64,000 nt of DNA from Marsupella aquatica (taxonomy: Eukaryota; Plantae; Marchantiophyta). The notes under the pieces are model-generated. The model was not told where the DNA came from. It saw nothing but the letters and a program-made list of their open reading frames with translations, and ran no database searches. Below are positions 24,701 through 36,300 of this stretch, one piece after another (within the stretch, counting starts at the first letter, position 1; each line of letters opens with the position of its first letter). The stretch lies in the NCBI GenBank assembly GCA_973895155.1, contig OZ316892.1, positions 6,617,251 to 6,681,250 on the forward strand, in the 5' to 3' direction. A program made the translations under genes and the position numbers.

Positions 24701-27295
24701 CCTCACGTGCGCATGCCCAATTCACACAACTCCAGACTGTCATCACCCAACAGAACGTTGTTAAGAAATTGCAAAATTCCGAGGAACTAGAGTGAGAGAC
24801 AGAGGAAGAGAGAGAAAGGGGAGAGAAGAGGGAACGAGAGAGCACTTGGCAATTCCCGGGAGACTCAAAGATAAGACAAAACATACCTGCCCACCCAATT
24901 GTGGCACAACACATTCACAATCTTTTCACCTTCGGACACACGGTAGTAGGCTTGGGACAAGAAACCACCTCTCTGAAAAAAAAAGTCTGGTTTGGAGACA
25001 GTGGAAAAGTTTGTCGAGACGGAGATTGACTTCATCAAAAGTTTAGACACCACGATATCAATTTTCTACAGAATCTGAGCTTTGATGGCCCACCACCCGC
25101 TAATCACAACATTCTGCAGTGGAATAAACACCGGCACATAGAGAAAGACTCAGCCAACGGAACCCACTCCAATATCCTCTGTTCTTTGACTCGAGCGAAT
25201 TCTATTTGCTAATTGAATAAGCATATGGGTGAGTTAAAAGGAGGAGGCCGTCTCGGCTTGATGGCGTGGTGGTATTGTACAGGGGAAAGTCATACAGGCG
25301 GCCAGCAATCAACAAAAAAAGCCAAAGGACATGGGTCAACTGCTAGAACAGGATCCACGGTGAAGTTGTAGAACCTCTCATGGTAGTTCGAAACGGACCG
25401 CACTTGTAATTCAAAAGGGAGGTCGTCCAAAAGCCATCCACATGGCAACAAACGAGAAAAACGACGGCATATAGCAACAAATCCTTCTTCTTGACAGGAA
25501 TAGGTCAACAATAGTTTAGAGTGTGTGGGAGGACAAGGCACTTCTTGATGCATTACTCTAACTCTGAAGCTGAGAGAGAACAGGTAAGGGGCACGTGACA
25601 TGGAAGGAAGGCAAATGTCGTGCCTGCGAATTTTCAGTCCCTTCCGTTTTAATTCAAAATCTATTTTTTCTTCTACACGACGATATGAAGATACCTTCCT
25701 GGACAACATGCTTCGCCTTCAGAACTCTCTCTCTCTCTCTCTGTGTCTCTAGGCCTGAAGAACCAGTTGGTCTCTGAGACGGGAATAGTGAGCGGGGTAA
25801 AACCACGACGAACTACATTTGGGTCTAGATGGCGTGATTGTGGCTGTGTGAATCTCACCTTCAGCGAATTCTCAGGGAGAGAGCAAATTGATGAAAGATT
25901 TCTCAGATTCAATTGCCCTCGACGTAGTTAGACAGATCTCATGAGGGGCACGACGACGCACAGCAGTGACTGACCTCCACACCCACAGAGACACAACGAG
26001 AGGCGCACAGACTACGACTACGAGAATGAACGATTGAGTCCTGGTCCAAGAGGAGAGTCACACACTCGCACCGACTCAGCGAGACGGAAAGCCACAGAGA
26101 TGAGAGAATGACCGAATGAACTTTACACACAGCGAGAGACATCGAGCGGACGAGACATGGAGAATGAAAATTTATGGTCATAACGCTCACAGGCGTAAGA
26201 TGGGCGAGTAAGTGTTCCGGAGGAGGGGGGTAGGAGTGAAAAAGCTGTGGCGGACGAGCATTTAAGTGGCTTACAGGCAGCCAGAAGCAAGAGGCAGCAA
26301 CGACAAAAGCAAAGCCACACAGAGTCGCAACGAAAAGACACACACACATAATACTTGCGAGGTTGAAAATATTGAAAAATTACAGTCAAACTATTGCGCC
26401 ATTAGACTGGTAAGACGAATGTTACATATCTAGACAGATGGCTGGATGGATGAATACCCTGTCTTTCTGTCGTTCCGGATCCACCAACGACTGACGCACC
26501 GACCGAAAGAATGACCCACCAATCCACTACTAACAAACCGAGCAGCAACTGCGTATAGGCCCAAACTTGTCCTCCCAAATCTCAACAGACCGTTTCTGTC
26601 CGCCGAGCTCGTGCAACAGAAGCAGAAAAGCAGAGCAAAACAAAAGTGCGCGCAAGCCAAAGCATTCGAAGACGACAGAAGTCGCGACGAGATTCTGGAT
26701 CAGAAATGATGATGAAGTGGGACGAAGAATAGCAGCGAGTAGGCAGACGTGCAGGAGAGTGGGGAGGAGCTTCGGGTGGTTGGTTCGATTGCATGGGAGG
26801 AGAATGGTTCGGAATTTCTCTGATCTCAAAGCTCTTTCTTTCTTTCTTTGATTCTTTCTTTCTTTTTTCCATACCTGTAGTACTTTTACTGTACTTTGGC
26901 TGCAGGACAAAGGAAGGTGGGCGGAAGTTAGACCTGTCCTGCATTGGCGGTTGGGCATGCAGGAAGGGAGCAGGCAGGCAGGCAGGCAGGCAGAGGCAGG
27001 CAGGGAAGCAGCCCGAATTGCCGGGGAGGGAAGCGAGGAGAGCTGGAGAGAAGGACGAACTTACTCTGACGTGTTCTTGCACCACCAATTCCACGTCAAA
27101 GACGACTTGCAATCCGACCCAATCCATTCCCCACTGCTCATTTGCCTCATCATGACACTACTACTTCCCTCGATCACAAATCAAGTCGTGACAAACCATC
27201 TCCTCTCAGCTCTCTCTCCCCTACACTTCACTCTTTCCCTCCCCCCTTCAACGCCACATCCTCTGTTGCCTGATGAATCACAAGAAGAGAATCCC

Positions 27296-27296
<1 letters not shown>

Positions 27297-27336
<40 letters not shown>
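27297..27336. repeat. (TC)n microsatellite upstream of the 5-phosphatase gene
   Basis: TC dinucleotide run. Other simple repeats nearby: GCAG at ~26968-27004 and TC at ~25725-25742. Confidence 0.9.
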
Positions 27337-27338
<2 letters not shown>

Positions 27339-27677
27339 GACACTCTCCCCACCCGTACATACTTTTCCCCCCAACCTGCTCCGCCATATCCTCCACTCTG
27401 CTGCCTGCTCAACAGACAAAGCTCTGACCCTCTCCTGGGCCACATCTTCCTCCCGTGATGACTGATGCATCAACACAGAACTCCACAGTGAAAACTGACC
27501 ACCTATTACGAGAGCTGCAACTCACTGACGGAATGACACTTCAACCGATCCCCTGACTACTTTGGGAGATGGACTGTGCAGCAGTACATCAGAAGACTGT
27601 GGTAGAAATGTAGAATCAAACGACGAAGAACGGGTGGACTGCAAACAGCGTGTTGCTTAAAGGTTCTCTTTCCATTG

Positions 27678-27985
27678 GGCTCTGTGGCTTATCTACTGTA
27701 TTATAAGGGGGCTTCAGAAGAAGTCCGCTGCAGTTTAAGCGAGTATTTTCTCGGGTGAGATGAATCTCTATTTTTTGACAACACGAGCCCAAATACCAAT
27801 GCTCCTGTACATGAAGGGCTCCCCTTCCGGCTCTGTGGCCTATTTATTATTATTATTATAAGGGGCACTTTAGAATAAGTCCGCTGCAGCTTATGCGACT
27901 ATTTTCTCGGGTGAAATGAACCTCTATTTTTCGACAACACTAGCCCAAATACCAATGCTTCTGGACATGAAGGGCTCCCCTTCCC
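27678..27985. repeat. Tandem duplication of ~152-156 bp
   Basis: GGCTCTGTGGC.TAT...AAGTCCGCTGCAG...TATTTTCTCGGGTGA.ATGAA...CCCAAATACCAATGCT.CTG.ACATGAAGGGCTCCCCTTCC present twice, head to tail. Confidence 0.88.
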
Positions 27986-29399
27986 TACTGGCAAGCACAG
28001 TCCAAAATGTGAAAAATTGTTGTTAGTATATAAAAAATTTGGCCTATGGATTCGCTCTATAGAGTTGGTCATGAGCTATAAATCTCGTGGATCAAAATAT
28101 AGCTGTCTAGATGAATATTATCTGGAACACCCCTAAAGTTGGCCCAGGTCAAATCCTCCTCGGTTCTCTTTTTGCATTGAAAATCCCGTTTAAATACATT
28201 AAGAGAAACAGCATACATCACCAGGTACCTCACCTAAGGAGACAAAACCCAGGTGAACAAACCAATGTGTAACAACAAGATGGAAGTCACCCTCACCAGG
28301 ATTGTCCCCCACAATTGAATGAGATGATACACTCTTGGTATACAGGATTGCACATTCCCCATAAGACCCGACAATGCTCCAAAGTGTACCCTTGGAGGAC
28401 CCTGATCAGATCCTGGGTTCTCGCTTCACTCTGATGGTCATTGTCGCAAATCCCACAATTCGTGCTCATTTTCTGAGCATTTCTGAGCATGACAGCTAAA
28501 CTTAAGCGTAGAGCTTGTAGACATGCATTTTCAGTGCACTAGTCTAAAGTTTTCCCGCACCTATGTGGAACCATTTTCAAGAAGTTAGTATCGAGCAACC
28601 TGTTGATTTTCTTGGGTTTTCCAAATTAACTTCGAAACAATTTAGGTGTAGAGTAGATAGATGAGGTGACTAGTTTCTCCCCACCCATGTGACTATTTTA
28701 AAGTAAGTTTGTCATCAGCAATCTGGCTAATTGTAGTGGGTTTCCAGTTTCTTTTCCACACACAATTTAGGTGTATGGTCTACCATGTGTAAGGGCAAGG
28801 CCTCAGGAAGACCCTGTCTTGTAGTTGTACTTGGTTTGCAGTATTCCATATGAGCAAACCAATTGATCTTGCACATAGAGATAAAAACAATTATGTATAA
28901 GACAGTGCAAGCCAAAGGGTCTTTGCAATTCTAAAGACCTTGCTATAAATGCAAGCACAAAACATCATGATAGTCTATTGCTAAAAAGAGAAAAAGGACT
29001 AATTCTCTAAATGGGCCAAACAAACACACCGGAATAGAAAACAAAGGAGACACATAAGACAACACCAAACTGGAAGGGCAAAACCTTGCGTGGCTATAGA
29101 GTTAAAAGGATTGGGTGACCGACAGCATTGTGTTCTGCGTAGTGCAGGTAAAATAATTAATTAAATACAAGTTTTTGATTTAACTGGCAGAATATTCAAG
29201 GATTGTCTGCAGCAAAATTATTTATTTGACTGACAAGAAATTTAAATTAAATATTCTGAACAGCTTGATGTAAACACTGACATTTGGCAGGGTTGGGACT
29301 ATTTTAAAGTTAAAATATGAAATAAATTCACTAATGACACTATGGAATTTTCAAGTGACGTAACTATATAGTAGTACTTAATGAGTTCTGTTTAGTAAG

Positions 29400-30030
29400 G
29401 CAATCTGCATCTGCATGGCAGGTGTGGTTTTATATTCCTGCCATGCAGTCAACTAATTCTGTAGACCTGACGTTGTGCTTAGGCAAGGCATTTCTGGACC
29501 ACTTAAAGAGTAAGTCCTTTGGCATTTATATTCCTGTTATCCAGTCAACGAGTTTTGGAGACCTGATGTTTGTGCTTACGCAATACATTTCTGCCATAAT
29601 CAAGTACAATCAAGTACAATCTACCAAGCATAACTGCATTTCGTAGTTCCGTGCAGGTCTACCACGTAGTCCCATAAGATTAGCGCAATTTTTCGGTAAA
29701 AGCACCAAAAAAATGCGTTTTGCATAAGTTGAGTAGATCCTCAATAAATGACAAATGGGCATTTAGGTCTATAAGTGTACGTATCAATCGTTATAACATA
29801 TACATAAGTAATATTTATGGATAAGTGCAACAGACAATTAGACAATTATATAAAGTCATTTCATGGACTTACCCATGTGAACGGTGCCATGTGAAGAGTC
29901 TGATGTGTGACGTGAAACATATTAGGAATAAGTGCACAAACTATTTCCCTATATATATGGAGAAGTTCATAATGTTATGTTGTATGCTTATAACATAATG
30001 CATACCATGGATAAGTGCGGGCTTGGGGTG
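29400..30030. mobile_element. Second member of the ATAAGTGCA-motif element family
   Basis: Repeated ATAAGTGCA/ATAAGTGTA motifs ending in ATAAGTGCGGGCTTGGGGTG, as at 1152-1171. Left boundary uncertain. Confidence 0.45.
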
Positions 30031-31872
30031 TCAACCCAGGAAATGCAATTGGACACCGGAAAGGGGTACCCTAATCCCATTTAGTTTAGTAAATGAGTAA
30101 ATAGTTATAAAGATTTTGCAGCCCAACTAGGAAAAGCTATTGAGGTCCTTGTGAAAACCTAATAGTGTCAGTGCTTTCTTTTCTGTAGCTTTGATCATGT
30201 CATATCGCTTCTCATAGTTATTCCAATCTTTTCTCGTCCTGGGTCCTTGGGTTTCGTAGGTTCATAGTCTTTAGGCTCTTGGGAAAAAATTGGAATAACT
30301 ATGAGATCTCATAGTCTTTAGGCTCTGGGAAAAGGGCTCTATGGCGAATATGATAAGTAAACTTGAGATTGAAGTAGGAGCCTTGAGGCACATACTCACT
30401 TTGACTCTCCAACAGGAGTCCCTCTTTTTATAAAATTTAGTTTGTCAGGAACAGTCTCTTGGCCACCTGGCCTGGATGGGAAGATTCAAACTCATTTAGG
30501 AATTGCCCACAACCAAGTGCAGCAGTTATATGATGCCATTTGTCCAGTCTAGAGGGCTTTTCTTGTCTCAATTGCAACCTCCAATACCTGACCCTAAAAA
30601 ACTATGGCAGGTAAATTCTGAAAGTGCAGCCGGTGAATGAGCCACGTTCTCTGTATGGGCCTCAAAACGGGACTAGCTACCCCAGTTCGCATAAAAGTAA
30701 TTCATCCTTAAAATTTTGGGCCTGAAAATTTACTACTGTTATTAGAGCAATTCAGGCCAGGATGAACCACTCCCATACCTTGGAACCCATTTGACCAAAA
30801 AAACGCAAATTTTTTACGAGGTTTTTCCATCCATGTTGCGCTAGTCCATCCGGGCATTTTGTCCATGGGGGCATCTATTTAGGTATTAGACTGGGCCATC
30901 AATAGATGCAAGAAATCAAAAAATATACACATCATTTTGACTTATACTCTGTCAATGGATGATGGCTTTCACACACAACCACAGACCTAGTCCTGTGGTG
31001 ATCCTCATTCCTTCTTCCCAGACTTAATTAAGCTTAAGTGTGAACATGTACAAAGTCAAGGGAATGGAGGCTGCAGTAGGAGATTCCTACACTATTCATG
31101 ATGAGTGGTCCGTGGTGGACAAAAATTGGGTTGCCGTTCCCTCTTGTTGCCATCGACCATGATTCTAAATGTTTGACACCAATACTCGTTTGAGGTAAAC
31201 TTGTGCATATGTACAGGACGAGATGGATCGACATTTTACATGAACAAACGAGGATATCAGGAGGGCCAGTTTGGGCCTATCATATAGTAATCATCAAAAG
31301 AAATGGATATGGATGGGTTTGAATAGGATGAGGAGCTTCTCAATTACCAAAATATTTTCACAAAATTTTGATTGAAAAACTGAAAATATTCTTAAATTGT
31401 AAAAAAAAATGAAGAGAGTGCTCCAATGAATCTCAAATGACGACCGTGGCGAAGGCCAATGGGCCAAACAGAAGACAGACCCAAAGGGCCAAGGCACACA
31501 TCAAACAAGCACCACAGCGCCAAAAGTTCACAAGAGCCCAAAAACAGCCTAATGCCAGGAGAGGATCAGGGGCAACCACCTAAACCACACTTAAGAAACG
31601 AAGGCAAAAACCTAATCCCGAAGAAGGGATGAACAGGATCCTCAGCCTACCCAGGGACTATATCAAAGACATAACTTGGTTAAAATCAAAACCTCATATC
31701 TCAGCAAGGTGGAAGGCAACAAAAGCTCGTGGGGAACCCTAGCAAATAGTGATTGACACTGGCAGTCAAAGCTTCTTGGTTACTAATAATGGCTTTTGGT
31801 TACGGGTCCAGTTAGAGACTTCTGTAAATCTGAAAATTCTGTCAAAATTTCACGTCACCCTGTAAATATCCA

Positions 31873-32116
31873 GCCATTAGATGGTTTGAATCCAACCATC
31901 TACATCCATTTTGTGTGTGAAGACTCGTGTGAAGGCTCGTGTGGCCTCTCAACTGAAAATGAGCTTTCCTACCATTAGATGTTATGAATCCAACCATCCA
32001 GATTCATTGTGTGTGAATACTTGTGTGGTCTCTTAGCTCAAAAAGAACTTTTACTCCATTAGATGTTTTGAATCCAATGATCTATGTTGCTTTTGTGTGT
32101 GAAACCTCGTGTGAAG
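31873..32116. repeat. Tandem repeat, ~85-99 bp unit x 3
   Basis: CCATTAGATG.T.TGAATCCAA..ATC.....TTGTGTGTGAA.AC..GTGTG starts at ~31873, ~31972 and ~32056. Confidence 0.85.
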
Positions 32117-32579
32117 AGTAATGTCACTTCTCGACACAAACAACTCTATTAAACTAAACCTATCCATGCTTGGATGTTGACATAACTAGATTATGACGTT
32201 TATGGTGCCTAAGGAATAAGAAGAACTTGGGGAATAGGTCGGCTTTGAAAAAAATCAATATTTGAGAAATCTCCAGCTTGGGTATTAGGTATATTTTAAA
32301 GGGCAATTTAATTGCAATAAAATAAAATAAATAAGCTTGGTAAGCAACATATAAAGCATTCTCTCAACCTCTTGACGCCATACAAGTAAAATGGGAAAGA
32401 ATATTAGAAATATAAATAGGGGTGAAAAATCATGAGGAAGGTGGGGTGAATAAGCGAGGGTTTGGTCATGGGAAACTTACATTGAAGTTTAATGCAAGGA
32501 TTATTACAATGTTAACATGTGGAAGGGTCTAGTTATGAAAATATTGTTTTGAAATGGTATTGAATGTTAGATTTTTGGA

Positions 32580-33310
32580 ATGTAAACTCTAGAGTATTAT
32601 AACCTTGTTTTTAAGTTACAACTTGACAAACAATACTCAAACCCATGAATATATGTGTACCAATTGCTTTAACTTATGACCTTATTGATTTTGAAGTTAC
32701 AAATGGGATCAAACCCTAAGTTGACAGACCCTTGTAGATGTGTGTACCAAAATGCCTTGACTTGTAACCTTCCCGGATAACCTAATTTTGATTTTGAAGT
32801 TACAACTAGGGTCAAGCAGTACACTAACCCTTGTAGATGTGTGTACCAGAATGTCTTAAGTTCTTGTAGTTACCTTATATTCATGAATTTTATAAGTTAC
32901 AACTGGGGTCAAACAGTACACCGACCCTTGTAGATGTGTGTACCAGAATGCCTTAACTTGTAACTTTATATTGATTTTAAAGTTACAAATGGGGTCAAAC
33001 AATACACCGACCCTTGCGGATGTGTGTATCAGAATGCCTTAACTTGTAACCTTATATTGATTTTATAAGTTACAGTTGGGGTCAAACAGTACACTGACCC
33101 TTGCAGATGTGTGTACCAGGATGCCTTAACTTGTAACTTTATATTTATTTTGAAGTTACAACTGGGGTCAAACAATACACCGACCCTTGCGGATGTGTGT
33201 ACCAGAATGCCTTAACTTGTAACCTTATATTGATTTTGAAGTTACAATTAGGGTCAAACATTACACCGACCTCTGCATATGTGTGTACTAGAGTTTATTG
33301 CCTTAACTTG
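32580..33310. repeat. Tandem array, ~86-bp unit x ~8 with internal palindromes
   Basis: GACCCTTGYRGATGTGTGTACCAGAATGCCTTAACTTGTAACYTTATATTGATTTTRAAGTTACAAYTGGGGTCAAACARTACACC; units start at ~32640, 32727, 32826, 32923, 33009, 33096, 33182 and 33268. Confidence 0.93.
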
Positions 33311-36300
33311 AATAATATGATATGGACCTTATAATTATAGTACCCAATTGATAATAAACTTAAGTGAATAATTTTAGGTACAAAGAGCTAACTTCTCCAT
33401 TTTTGGAATCCAACAAAGGGCAAATTTCACTTTCTTAATATGTAATGCCCTAAGATAACCATAACAATATGAAACAAGATTACAAAAGATTCATCTACCT
33501 ACCAAGAGCATTGCTTTCTACAAATAAATTGCAAATTACAATTACTTATAGTTTTGTTAAGGTTGCATAAATCTATTGTGTTGATTCAAATAAAAGCTCT
33601 AAGTGTTGTGGCAAATAATTAATATACTAATATTTGCACATCCATATATGATAATGCTACAAATTTTTAGCTAATCTGATAATTTATTTGAAAATAAACA
33701 CTATTATGATCAATATTACATAAGTGAAAATTGGATTTTAAAGTATAGATAGATTCCATGCTTGATTTAGCTTTATGAGTGAACAACTTTAGCAATCACA
33801 TTTATTCAACAAGGAATAAAGAGAGAAACAAACCTCTATTTCAAGCTCAGATGATAGCTTGGGGTTGTTTCTTAGTGATGCCAAAATTTGTCTACAAACT
33901 CACACAAAATTGCTCATGTCAATTGAATGGATAAAATATCAAGTCACTTCACAAATAACAATTAAACACAAATTCTAGTCATAAAAAACATGCACTGATA
34001 TAAACATTTACCTTGATGGTAGTCACCATGAGAAATCTTAAAAAAATATCTTGTATGCCACTTGAGTGTAGCTCCCCTAGGCCTTATTCAAACATATTCC
34101 TTGAATACACACCAAAAAAGTCATAAGCATAATGTCAAAACTCACTTGCACATTCAAGACTAATCAATTATTCTCAAAACATTAAACTATTCTATTATTA
34201 TAAAATCTCTACAAAAACAAGGCTATGACTTTCTATTGATTAGTAAAACATACATTTAAAAAACAGAAATGAAGTTAGTATATTTCTTCTCTCATGAAGG
34301 TGCCTGTGTATAAAGTTACTCTCTTCCCAACATGATCATTATGATTCTACACTTATGGGTTTTTTCTTTGTTTCCATTTGCCATTAAAATTGATGAGAAT
34401 TTTGTTTTTGTCATTACTAAACAAATCATGATGAATAAATTACACTTTCCAAACAAAAAGTATACTTGTCTCCCCACAAAACAATTAAAAAATCAATGCT
34501 ATAAATAGTTTTTGAGTTTATGAATTTGTTTGTTAGTGATGTCAACTTTTATTATGCAAACTTCAAATACTTTTAAAAACATCTCATAATTTTATAGACA
34601 AGTCCAATGCATAATTATCCATTGCACAAAAATATTGCAAGACAATGAAGTGCAGGTGATTGCCTAGCTCCTTGCCTCCAAGATAGTTTGTTGCTCACCC
34701 TTGTGATGAATAATTTGTCACTCTAAAAAGCAAGGTGATTGCTACAGTGAGGAGTTGCAATGTGAAATACATAGAGAGGTGAAAAGAACATGAGAGAGGT
34801 GGAGACAAACAAAGGATGACAACATTATGTAGCACGCTAAAAGCTCCTTCCAAATTCTTGGCATTGTATTTGGGCACATCATAGAGTTTTGGCAAACTTG
34901 ATAACCAGGAAAGACCAGTAAAGAGAATTAGTAAAACAAACAAATACAATATTACCAATGTGTTAAAAAAATTGAGTTGGACCCACATACTAGTTATGGC
35001 TTTTATTATGAGGGTGTGTTAAAGTAATTCTGTTATTTTTCACTAGCCTCTGTAATAATATATGGGGTAATTCTTTGGATCAAGAATAATGATAATCTAT
35101 AACTTTTGGGGTTCGTAACCTTAATAATTGATTAGTGAGGTAACGTTTGGGACCCCTAGTGAAATTTCCTGGGCTCTCCTTTCGTATATTTTTCTCCAGG
35201 TGGAGAGAACAACACACAGTAAATTCCTTGGAAACAGCTGTTGCATGCTTTCCGTTTGTACTAAATCTTTACTCCAAGCATTGGAGATGCTGTAGCTAGG
35301 TGTCATTCACGTGGATTCGTGTCTAGAGGTGACGTGTGTCCGGGCGACCCTTGTAGTATCATCTCACAGAATATTCATGAAGAGGCATTAAATGTAGTTC
35401 CTTCTCCCAGGAACTGCAGTCTAATGCATGAACCATTGAACCGTGCAGTAACAAACTTCTTGGTTACCAATAATGGCTTTACTATAGTAGTACCCTTCTT
35501 GATTTTTCCAGTTGTAATTTTGAGGGCCGAAAAGTGCACTATCAGGGTTTGGATCAGCTCAATATGAATATTTTCCTCTATTGATACTAAAATCAGAAAA
35601 AAGAGAAATGTCTTTAAGACTTTAAATGTATTGAAGTTCTATTACCAGAACATTTGAGACAACAATAACCCCTCAAAAACCCAACTGAAATTCTCATTAT
35701 GTGGGGCATTATATCTCACAATGCCTTGTAAAGAGTACTTTATTATATACAAATATATATATATATATCAAGGTTCAAGGCAAAGGATCCCAAAATTGAT
35801 GCTAGGATGGACCACACTTGTAACCGTGTGACTGGGATGGGCCTACCACTTCTGAAATCCAAAAGTGTGACCAATTATACAAGATGAAAGTAGCTTTTCA
35901 GTCCAGACGTGTTGACAATACTGAGGAAGATTTGATGGGGCCCTGGGATGTTGCCCGGAAGTGGAAGCCATGACTTGATAGGGCCTTGGATGGTGCTGTA
36001 GTTCCCTTTCTCATGTCAAGCTAGGTACCACTACTGTGCATTCAGAATACCCACTATTCTTGACAAGGCATTTCGACAAGGTACCAATAGGTTGACAAGC
36101 TACACTGTTCCTGGCAATTAGTGTTACTCGCACTAAATCACAGTGAAGCAAATTTTGGGCTCTACTCATAAAATAGTGTTACTTAGCACAAGCACGAGCC
36201 CTCAACCTGCAGCAGTGTGGAGGATCCTGCCTTGAAGTTTTCTGCCATCACCCTGCAGAACATTTTGGACAGAGCTGCATCATCTCACTGATCCCTAATA

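Larger units (their letters stand above)
31798..35120. mobile_element. Putative non-autonomous TIR DNA element (very AT-rich, with internal arrays)
   Basis: Bounded by GGTTACG (31798) and CGTAACC (35120). Abrupt drop in GC content; contains two tandem arrays; no intact ORF. Confidence 0.4.

Noticed and set aside
25290-27476. Cluster of 60-181-aa ORFs on both strands
   Set aside because: Low-complexity, GC-rich leader sequence with simple repeats; translations are not domain-like.
32580-33310. CRISPR-like appearance (palindromic repeats)
   Set aside because: No unique spacers, whole units repeat, no cas genes, and the context is eukaryotic.
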